A DNA stretch of 38,386 nt from IMG/VR virus record IMGVR_UViG_3300012890_000085, positions 1 through 38,386 of that record; one strand, 5' to 3'. This stretch comes from a virus. Its lineage: Duplodnaviria > Caudoviricetes. The notes under the pieces are model-generated. The model saw nothing but the letters and a program-made list of their open reading frames with translations. It was not told where the DNA came from and made no database searches. Below are positions 32,071 to 38,386 of this stretch, one piece after another. The position numbers and the translations under genes were made by a program. Every line of letters starts with the position of its first letter. Within the stretch, counting starts at the first letter, position 1.

Positions 32071-32498
32071 TAAAAGTTAATCCAGTGGGTGAGGTTAAGC
32101 GATTTCTGTTGGAATTTACCCAGGATGCCCGCCAGGGCCAGGTTTTCCTCGGGCGTGAGGCCGCAGTGCTGCACGGCGTGGCGGCAGAGGTGCAGGGCGC
32201 ACAATTGGTAGGCGCTGGCGCGGTACTGCCAGGGTTTCGAACGCTGGCCGGGGCGCAGGGGCCGGGCCTGCTCGGCCGCGTGGCGGCGGTGCAGCTTCGT
32301 GGCCAGCTGGGCCAGCGGCGCCAGCAGCAGTAGCTCGATGGGCTGCACCGGGGTTGTGGGCTGGGTCGTGTCATCCACGAGCACCTGCACGGCGCGGGCC
32401 AGTAGGCCGGCCTCGCCGCGCTCCAGCGGCACGAGTTGGTCAAGTAGCGGCAGGTTCATAGCGGCACCGGATACAAGTTTAGTTGGCCTATTTGCCAA
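32070..32498 (-). CDS. Hypothetical protein (start 32498 or 32459)
   Basis: Tightly packed early-operon ORF. Confidence 0.65.
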   Translation of the reverse strand: MANRPTKLVSGAAMNLPLLDQLVPLERGEAGLLARAVQVLVDDTTQPTTPVQPIELLLLAPLAQLATKLHRRHAAEQARPLRPGQRSKPWQYRASAYQLCALHLCRHAVQHCGLTPEENLALAGILGKFQQKSLNLTHWINF

Positions 32499-32772
32499 GG
32501 TGCGCCCGCAAAAGCAGCCGGCGTAGGTCTTCCATAGACTCCTCCGCGCTTACAGGGCCTAGCAGACCTTCAAACTCGGCCTCAAGCTTCTCCGAATTGG
32601 CAAATTCGTGCGTAGCTACAACCCGGCCAAGTGCTTCGCTAATAGCAGCCTTAAACTCACCAAAAGGCATTATCAACCGTTCCTCGTAGAGTTGGCACAT
32701 CACCTTTTCACGGGCAGTCCAACTACTCCAGATACCTGAATTGTAAATGGCAACTGCTTCTTTTCTAGTCAT
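32488..32772 (-). CDS. Conserved hypothetical phage protein, AT-rich (start revised to ATG 32772)
   Basis: QL...RL.MPF..F..A...ALGR.V.THEFA motif; lower GC than neighbours. Confidence 0.7.
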   Translation of the reverse strand: MTRKEAVAIYNSGIWSSWTAREKVMCQLYEERLIMPFGEFKAAISEALGRVVATHEFANSEKLEAEFEGLLGPVSAEESMEDLRRLLLRAHLGK

Positions 32773-32951
32773 GATAAGTATAAGTAAGTGGTGACAGGTT
32801 GCGACTGATAGTGACCAGTACATTACTGCGTGGTGGTACAGGTGAGCGGCGGGCAAAACACTCGCACAGCTTCGCGGGGCCTCTGCCTAGGATTAGGGCT
32901 GCTTAGCCGAGAAGCCGGGCGTTGCCCTTCCCGGCCCCCGGACCTTTGGGC

Positions 32952-33155
32952 ATGCGCTTCTTCTCCCACCTCCAGCAGTTCGGCCAGGCCCTGTTTCAGC
33001 GCCGGCAACCCGTAGCGAATGCCCCCCAGCCAGGGGCCTTTTGCCCCCAGCAGTACGAGCGGGCGCTGCTGGATTTGTTCGCGCGGGGCTTCCTGACTAT
33101 CGACCAGGTGATGGAGCGCCTGAGCGTCTACGGCACGCCACCCGCGTCGCGGTAG
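32952..33155 (+). CDS. Small counter-oriented protein (67 aa), VbhA-antitoxin-like C-terminus
   Basis: GACCTTTG -7-like box at 32941-32948; ALLDLFARGFLTIDQVMERL; fills a gap between minus-strand genes. Confidence 0.5.
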   Translation: MRFFSHLQQFGQALFQRRQPVANAPQPGAFCPQQYERALLDLFARGFLTIDQVMERLSVYGTPPASR

Positions 33156-33160
33156 GCGCC

Positions 33161-33430
33161 CTACAGCCACTCCCCCTTTTTGAAGCGGGCGATTTCGCGG
33201 CCGTCGGCCATATCGTAAATCAGGGCCACTTTGACGAACTGGCTATTCTTGGCAATGCTGCGCTCGTGGCGCCGCAGCTCCACGGCCCTAGGGTTCTTGG
33301 CGGGGCGGTTGGACTTGAAATCGTGGCGGCCGTACTGGGTGCGCACGTTGCCGTCGAGGAAGTATATCAACAGCTTGGTGTGGGCGTTATCCACAAGCTT
33401 TTGGGCAGAAGCGGAGCGGGTGTAGCTCAT
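33161..33430 (-). CDS. Hypothetical protein (89 aa)
   Basis: ATGA overlap with the replication gene. Confidence 0.7.
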   Translation of the reverse strand: MSYTRSASAQKLVDNAHTKLLIYFLDGNVRTQYGRHDFKSNRPAKNPRAVELRRHERSIAKNSQFVKVALIYDMADGREIARFKKGEWL

Positions 33431-34749
33431 GTAGTGGGGGCGTAAGGGGTGAAGGAAATGCGGGTAGTCGTGGGGGCAGTGGGCGTGGCTACCTGGGCGT
33501 AGTAGCGGTGCAGGGCACCGGGGCCCAGAGCCCGCAGCTTGGCTTCGTGGTAGCGGAAGAGCTGCACGGCAGTCAGGGCCTGGGTGCGCTTGGGGGCAAT
33601 GCCGAGGCGGTGCGCCTTAAGCTGTTGGCGGGCCTTGAGCAGGGCCCGCACGATGTTGCGCTCGTGGTTGTGGGCATCCCGGCGAACCAGCCAGGCGTCG
33701 GTGCCGGCAAAGCCCCGGGCATTCTCGCCGTCGAAGTAGCCGGTGCCCTTCACAAACTCAGCGAAAGGGCTGGGCGCGAACTTGTTGGGATGCCGCTCGA
33801 AGTAGGCGGCGGCCAGGTCAATGCGCTGCAATACTTGGTCGTGGTACTGCTGCCACTCGGCCAGGGTGGCGGGCTTGGCAAAGCCGAAATACGTGCCGTA
33901 CCACATGGCTTCCAGGGCTTTATGCTGCTCGGCCTCGTCAAACCGGCGGGTGGGATAGAGCCGTTTCCAGGCGTAGCGCCAGGCTTGCGTGACCCAGGCC
34001 AGGCGCTCGGCTTGCAGCTGGGCGCCCGCCGCGCCCCCCTGCCCTTCTTTCGTCGCCTGGCGGGGCGTAGCAGGCTTGGGGGGGGCCGGCTTTTGCCCTG
34101 CCTGCGGCCCTGTGTTGCCAGTCAATTTGCCTGCGCCGTGTGGGGCTGCGGGGGTTACTAACTTTTCCACAGGGGCAATTTCTATTTCCTTTTTATCCTG
34201 TCTTTCCAGTACTACAATAGGCGGAAAGTTTGTCGTTGCTGCCGGGGGCGAAGGGGCGGCGTAATGGGCCTTTTTAGGCACTTCCGGGGCGTTTTGCGGG
34301 CTTGTTTTCCACACCAGCTCCGGGGCGATGAACAGCTCAAAATCGGCCCGCCAGCCCCGAAATACCTTGCGCGTAAGGACCCCGATTTTGAGTCCTTCCT
34401 GCAAGTGGTCGCGGATGGCACGGGCCGAGACGCCCCGGGCGCGGGCCAGGGCCTCGTTGTTGGTGGCCACGGGCGGCGGGGTGCGTTGGGCCGGGGCCGC
34501 GTCGGTGGCGGGCTCCAGCAGCAGGGGCAGGCGGCGCAGCTGCTCGATGGCCTGGATTTGCCAGGTCAAAATCAGGCGCAGCGTGGCCTGCGCCCCGTCG
34601 CTGATGGCCTTGGGCTGCACGAGGTAGTCCTGGCGCTGGCCCTGCACGGTGCGGGTACGCACCTGCACGGGCAGCTCGGACTTGAGCCGTTTGAGGTAGG
34701 CCCCCAGCTGGCGGTAGGCGGCGGAATAGGTATAGGGAAGCGGCAACAA
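33427..34749 (-). CDS. Replication-initiator-like protein with N-terminal winged HTH
   Basis: TNNEALARARGVSARAIRDHL.....IGVL HTH, Pro-rich linker, C-terminal YFD.EN.RGF.GT..W domain; start uncertain. Confidence 0.6.
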   Translation of the reverse strand: MLPLPYTYSAAYRQLGAYLKRLKSELPVQVRTRTVQGQRQDYLVQPKAISDGAQATLRLILTWQIQAIEQLRRLPLLLEPATDAAPAQRTPPPVATNNEALARARGVSARAIRDHLQEGLKIGVLTRKVFRGWRADFELFIAPELVWKTSPQNAPEVPKKAHYAAPSPPAATTNFPPIVVLERQDKKEIEIAPVEKLVTPAAPHGAGKLTGNTGPQAGQKPAPPKPATPRQATKEGQGGAAGAQLQAERLAWVTQAWRYAWKRLYPTRRFDEAEQHKALEAMWYGTYFGFAKPATLAEWQQYHDQVLQRIDLAAAYFERHPNKFAPSPFAEFVKGTGYFDGENARGFAGTDAWLVRRDAHNHERNIVRALLKARQQLKAHRLGIAPKRTQALTAVQLFRYHEAKLRALGPGALHRYYAQVATPTAPTTTRISFTPYAPTT

Positions 34750-34852
34750 GCGGCGGGCGAGTTGAAAGCGTGGGAGGGAAAGGAAAAAAGCGTGGCCGGG
34801 GGCCGTGTGGGCAGCCCAAAATCTTTCCCCGGCCGAACCTGCGTGCAGGCCC

Positions 34853-34968
34853 TGTGCCGGCCGGGGTGGAATCGAACCACCACCAGGGGCCTACTGCCCC
34901 TGGGCACCATGCCGGCCAGTAGCCAGCCTACCGCCCAGGGGCAGTAGGCCATGAGTTCCCCGGCCGGC
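34853..34968 (-). ncRNA. tRNA-like structured RNA (not a canonical tRNA)
   Basis: 9-bp acceptor-like stem, T-arm GGTGG-TTCGATT-CCACC, 18-bp perfect helix in place of the anticodon arm, no D-stem. Confidence 0.6.
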
Positions 34969-35040
34969 TGCGAGGCCGGCTAGGCGCGCAGGAGTCCCAC
35001 CCACGGCGCGCCCCTCTACCGGAAGACGGGGAAGTAGGTG

Positions 35041-35385
35041 TTAAAGGGTCTGCTCTGCCCCACCGGGCGCGGCCAGGGCCGCGTCGAGGCCGCGCACCCG
35101 CGAGAGCAGGCTGTCGCGCTCGGCCTTGAGGCCCTGCTCCTGGCCCGCGTCGGGGCCGCGCAGGCCGGTCTCGAACTGGTTGAGCGCGTCGCCGATGGCT
35201 GCCAGCCGGATGTGCAGGCTGGTGCGCTCCGCTAGCAGCGCCGAGCGGCGCCGCCGGGGCGCCGGGCTGCTGGGCACGTCGGCCAGGGGCCGCAGCACTA
35301 CCTGCACGCCGAGTCTTTTAATACCCTGAAAGGCACAGGCCAGCTGCGTCGTGAGCGGGGCGGAAGAATAGACGGTGAGTTGCAT
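35041..35385 (-). CDS. Hypothetical protein (114 aa)
   Basis: Packed early-operon ORF, coiled-coil C-terminus. Confidence 0.65.
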   Translation of the reverse strand: MQLTVYSSAPLTTQLACAFQGIKRLGVQVVLRPLADVPSSPAPRRRRSALLAERTSLHIRLAAIGDALNQFETGLRGPDAGQEQGLKAERDSLLSRVRGLDAALAAPGGAEQTL

Positions 35386-35390
35386 CGGGC

Positions 35391-35687
35391 TTAGGCGGCG
35401 AGGTCGTGGCGGTCGTTGTGTTCGTACTGGCTGGCCGCGTCGGGGGCGGGCACGTGGGCTTCGTCGGCCAGCAGCTCGGAGAGGCGCACCCGGTGAAGCT
35501 TGCGCAGGGTGAGCAAGTGGCCCAGCTCGTCGCTGTCGGCCTCGTAGGCGGGAGCCTTTTTGTCGGGGGCGGCGGCGAGCTGCTCAATCAGCGCGTCGAT
35601 TTCGGCCCCGAACAGGCGCAGGGCCGTGCGGTGGTGGGCGCTACTGAGCTCGCCGAACTCGTCGCAGGTAATGTGGTGAATGGACAT
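35391..35687 (-). CDS. Hypothetical protein (98 aa)
   Basis: Packed early-operon ORF with pyrimidine-rich leader. Confidence 0.65.
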   Translation of the reverse strand: MSIHHITCDEFGELSSAHHRTALRLFGAEIDALIEQLAAAPDKKAPAYEADSDELGHLLTLRKLHRVRLSELLADEAHVPAPDAASQYEHNDRHDLAA

Positions 35688-35713
35688 GGGGCAAGGGAAA
35701 GGAGATAAGGCAA

Positions 35714-36121
35714 CTAGGCGATTTTGAGGGCCTGCCGCGACTCGACGGGCACCCGCTTTTTCTTGGCTGGGGCCGCCGGGGCCTGTTTGGTGGGCAGCGC
35801 CGGCTCCCCCACGATGGGGTTGGGCGTGAGCACGCCCACGCCGATGCCGAAGGCTTCGACCTCGCTGAGCTTGAAGCGCAGGTGCCCGTCGCGGTACTCG
35901 TAGGCGGGCAGGTACACCCGCTTGCCCCGGGCGTCGTAGCGGCCGGTCCTGGTCCAGTCGCGCACCGTGCGCTTGTCAAACTTGACGTGGCTGGCCACCT
36001 GCTCCAAGGTCACCAGGGGCTCCACGCTAGGGGCGGCCGGCTGCACGAGCAGGGCCAGCACCTGGCTGAGCTTGGCGTCGAGGGCGGCAATTTCCTGGCT
36101 GCTGGCGAGGTCGAAGGACAT
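35714..36121 (-). CDS. Excisionase-like (HTH_17/MerR-type) DNA-binding protein (start revised to ATG 36121)
   Basis: LVTLEQVASHVKFDKRTVRDW...G...LPAY....HLRFKLSEVEAF. Confidence 0.75.
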   Translation of the reverse strand: MSFDLASSQEIAALDAKLSQVLALLVQPAAPSVEPLVTLEQVASHVKFDKRTVRDWTRTGRYDARGKRVYLPAYEYRDGHLRFKLSEVEAFGIGVGVLTPNPIVGEPALPTKQAPAAPAKKKRVPVESRQALKIA

Positions 36122-36123
36122 GG

Positions 36124-36504
36124 CTAGGCGGGTTGAAGGGTGCCGGCGGCGAGGGCGGCCAGGCGGGCGGTTTTGTAAAAGGAGTTGGCTAGCAGCAGCA
36201 GGCGCACTTCGTTGGAGCGGCGGATGTGGGTGGCCGACACCAGGCACTTGGCCTGGGCCTCCCCCACCGGCCGCACGTGCAGGCTGAACAGGGCGACGTG
36301 GCCCTCGCCGGCCGGGTGGTAGTGGGCGTAGATGACCGTGAACAACTGCTCCTTCTCATCCGTCCAGGTGGCCTGCACCTGCGTCATCCGGTAGTTATCT
36401 TCCTGTTGTACCTCGAAGCCCAGGCGCTGAAGCCAGCGGCGCAGGGAGCCGGCTAGGTTGCGCGGGTAGGCAGGCACGGGGGCGGTGGTGAGCAGCTGCG
36501 TCAT
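36124..36504 (-). CDS. Hypothetical protein, paralogue of 37377-37748 (start ATG 36504)
   Basis: Shared PRNLA..L..WL...GF.V and RR...VRLLLL.N..Y..ARL motifs. Confidence 0.75.
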   Translation of the reverse strand: MTQLLTTAPVPAYPRNLAGSLRRWLQRLGFEVQQEDNYRMTQVQATWTDEKEQLFTVIYAHYHPAGEGHVALFSLHVRPVGEAQAKCLVSATHIRRSNEVRLLLLANSFYKTARLAALAAGTLQPA

Positions 36505-36509
36505 GGCCC

Positions 36510-36827
36510 TCAAGCGGCTTTGAGCAAGTGAAACTCGCGGCGGCAATCGGCCAGGTCGATTTCCCGGATGCCCTGGGGCAACTCGCTCACCAGCCAGGCT
36601 TCCTGGTCGGTGCGGCCCTCCTCCTGGGCCGAGCGCAGAGCCAGCGGCATCGTGCCGCTCACGTACACCCGCCAGCCGTTTTCGGCCGTGTAGTAATAGC
36701 CCAAAATGGGTTCGGGCTGCGGCACGGGCACCAGGGCATCGCCGGCCGCGAAGGCCGACACGCGCACCCGCTTGCCGGTAGTGGCATCGGTGAGCGAAAC
36801 GCGGGGAAAGGACAACTGCTTAGCCAT
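36510..36827 (-). CDS. Hypothetical protein (start revised to ATG 36827)
   Basis: ATG after a pyrimidine-rich leader; removes overlap with the upstream gene. Confidence 0.65.
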   Translation of the reverse strand: MAKQLSFPRVSLTDATTGKRVRVSAFAAGDALVPVPQPEPILGYYYTAENGWRVYVSGTMPLALRSAQEEGRTDQEAWLVSELPQGIREIDLADCRREFHLLKAA

Positions 36828-36862
36828 TGAGAAGCAAGAGAAAAAGGTGAGAGAATAGCAGG

Positions 36863-37081
36863 CTAGTGGGTGCCCTCGATGAAGTGGCGCACCTTGCCCG
36901 GCGTGTTCATGCCCCCGGTCAGCACTTCGATGCCGTACACCACTTGAGCGGCGCTGGGGTCTATCTCGGGGTGCTTGTTCAGGTCGGAGAAGAAGGAGGC
37001 GCACGCGCCGGGCAGGTCGCCGGCTTCGACGTATTCGAGGGCGCGGGCTTTGGCCCATTGCAGGTGTTCGGCGCGGGTCAT
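36863..37081 (-). CDS. Small conserved phage hypothetical protein (72 aa)
   Basis: MTRAEHLQWAK.RALEY...GD...A.AS..SDL.KHPE. Confidence 0.7.
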   Translation of the reverse strand: MTRAEHLQWAKARALEYVEAGDLPGACASFFSDLNKHPEIDPSAAQVVYGIEVLTGGMNTPGKVRHFIEGTH

Positions 37082-37082
37082 A

Positions 37083-37343
37083 TCAGGCCACTTTAACTTG
37101 ATTGACAGTTACTTTCAGTACCCCACTCAGGCGCTGCCGCCGCTGGCGCTCCCACTGTACCACCAGGGGCGTTTCTTCCCGGTACTGCGGGTGCGTGGCG
37201 TTGATTTCCTGGGCGCGGCGCTCTAGCTCGGGCAAGGAGGTGAGCATTACCAGGGCCGGGGGAAGCAGCGTAGTAGTGAGGCGGTGGAGGTCGCGCAGGC
37301 AAGGCTTGCGGGCCGGGGCGGCGGGGTCGTGGTTGACGCGCAT
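37083..37343 (-). CDS. Hypothetical protein (start ATG 37343)
   Basis: Packed early-operon ORF. Confidence 0.6.
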   Translation of the reverse strand: MRVNHDPAAPARKPCLRDLHRLTTTLLPPALVMLTSLPELERRAQEINATHPQYREETPLVVQWERQRRQRLSGVLKVTVNQVKVA

Positions 37344-37376
37344 GAAGTGAGAGGTGAAAGGGTGAGTAGGCAAGGC

Positions 37377-37748
37377 TTAGAGGGCAGGATGGGGCAGCGT
37401 GGCCAGCAGCCGGGCATTGGCGTAGCGCACGTTGCCCAGCAGCAGCAGGCGCACGTCGCGCAGGCGGCGCACTCGCTGCGAGCCAAAGAGATTCTCGGCT
37501 TCGCGGCTGGGCCAGCGGACTTGTAATTGGATAGTGGCATTGGCACAGCGGCCACTACTCCAGACGTAGCCCAGTTCGAAGCAATCACCCCGCAGGCCCG
37601 TCCAGGTAGCGGCTACCGTGGCCATCGTGTCGTAGTGGCGCTCGGTGACGGTGAAGCCCTGGCTGCGCAGCCACTCAGCCAACGGAGCGGCGAGGTTGCG
37701 CGGCGCCTTGGGGGCCGAGGTGTGGTAGGGTGCCCGGTCTTCCATCAC
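37377..37748 (-). CDS. Hypothetical protein, paralogue of 36124-36504
   Basis: Shared motifs; overlaps upstream stop. Confidence 0.75.
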   Translation of the reverse strand: MMEDRAPYHTSAPKAPRNLAAPLAEWLRSQGFTVTERHYDTMATVAATWTGLRGDCFELGYVWSSGRCANATIQLQVRWPSREAENLFGSQRVRRLRDVRLLLLGNVRYANARLLATLPHPAL

Positions 37749-37990
37749 GAAAACAGGGGTTGGGCGGCCGGGGCGGGCAGTAGCTCAGCCGGAATCTGAA
37801 ACTTGGGCAAGCCCACCTCAATGAGCTTGACCAGGTGGGGCAGGTTGATAGTGCGGCCCTGGCGCACGTGGATGAGCTGCACGGCATTGGCCTCGTAGCC
37901 GCCAGCAATGGCGTCACTAATGGCGCTGGTGGGCAAGTCTTCGCACACCAAGGACAGGAGGCGGTAAAACTTCTGCTTCTCAGTCATCAC
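37745..37990 (-). CDS. Small hypothetical protein, possibly Cro-like
   Basis: 81-aa helical ORF with QLIHVRQGRTINL segment; first visible gene of the early operon. Confidence 0.55.
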   Translation of the reverse strand: MMTEKQKFYRLLSLVCEDLPTSAISDAIAGGYEANAVQLIHVRQGRTINLPHLVKLIEVGLPKFQIPAELLPAPAAQPLFS

Positions 37991-38023
37991 GTGTTTAGGG
38001 AAAAGTGCGTAGGTTTGGGCCGT

Positions 38024-38386
38024 ATGCTAGATGATTTGCTGCCGCAGAGCGAAGACGATGATTCGCTGGACGACTATTACACGGTGCGCAGCTTTTGGCC
38101 CCTAGTGCGCGCCCACGATGGCCAAGCAATGTCCCGCGAATGGTTCTTTGCCAACGCCCTGTGCAAAGTGGCCCGCCTTACTTTGGAGCGCCAGTATTCA
38201 CTAGGCGAGGCCCGCACTCCGGCGCAGCAGCAGGAATTAATAACGGCCCTAGAGGATGTGCGAGAGCATGAGCCTCTTACCCGCAACGATGGCTTTATGC
38301 ACCCGTACGTGCCCACAGACTGGTTTAAGGTGCAGGCGTGCCTGAGCCGCGTGCTCCCCCTAGTGGAACGCCTGCTCCTGCGCTAG
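38024..38386 (+). CDS. Hypothetical protein (120 aa), counter-oriented
   Basis: TAGGTTTG -7 box at 38010-38017, ATG 6 nt later, TAG stop at window end. Confidence 0.6.
   Translation: MLDDLLPQSEDDDSLDDYYTVRSFWPLVRAHDGQAMSREWFFANALCKVARLTLERQYSLGEARTPAQQQELITALEDVREHEPLTRNDGFMHPYVPTDWFKVQACLSRVLPLVERLLLR

Larger units (their letters stand above)
205..38386 (-). mobile_element. Sipho-type temperate prophage integrated at tRNA-Arg(CCG); right end not in window
   Basis: Terminase, portal, S49 protease, capsid, tape measure, lysis, replication and xis-like genes, co-oriented and abutting a tRNA 3' end; no tail sheath gene recognised. Confidence 0.93.

Noticed and set aside
34853-34968. A second genuine tRNA or the attR tRNA fragment
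   Set aside because: No D-stem or 7-nt anticodon loop, and no identity to tRNA-Arg beyond GGTTCGATTCC; kept only as a tRNA-like RNA.

Overview
Most of a temperate, long-tailed (sipho-type) prophage in a high-GC Bacteroidota genome, most likely Hymenobacter-like, judging by the TTTG-N20-TAnnTTTG promoters and high GC. The left end is an intact host tRNA-Arg(CCG) at 133-204, followed by a terminator and paired direct repeats that mark the likely att junction. Almost all phage genes are on the minus strand. From right to left: small early genes, an excisionase-like HTH gene, a replication-initiator-like gene, a serine resolvase, a candidate late activator, minor tail genes, a DUF5675 protein, an S49 protease, scaffold, capsid and tail tube genes, a ParB-like plus GREB1-like glycosyltransferase pair, an accessory block (DUF2158, FRG, DUF932, stand-alone RarA C-terminal domain, SymE-like), TerS, TerL, portal, holin, lysozyme, an inserted HNH cassette, a u-spanin-like gene and the tape measure gene. 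No integrase or CI repressor is visible; they probably lie beyond the right edge. The most interesting signals are non-coding: (1) a CGTCCTA-N21-(-7-like box) promoter repeated 8 times in front of late genes and flanking a candidate activator; (2) a candidate antisense sRNA matching the leader of the SymE-like gene; (3) a tRNA/tmRNA-like RNA upstream of the replication gene; (4) two three-way-junction leader RNAs; (5) a duplicated operator/promoter driving two accessory operons. All protein calls are from motif recognition only; no database search was run.
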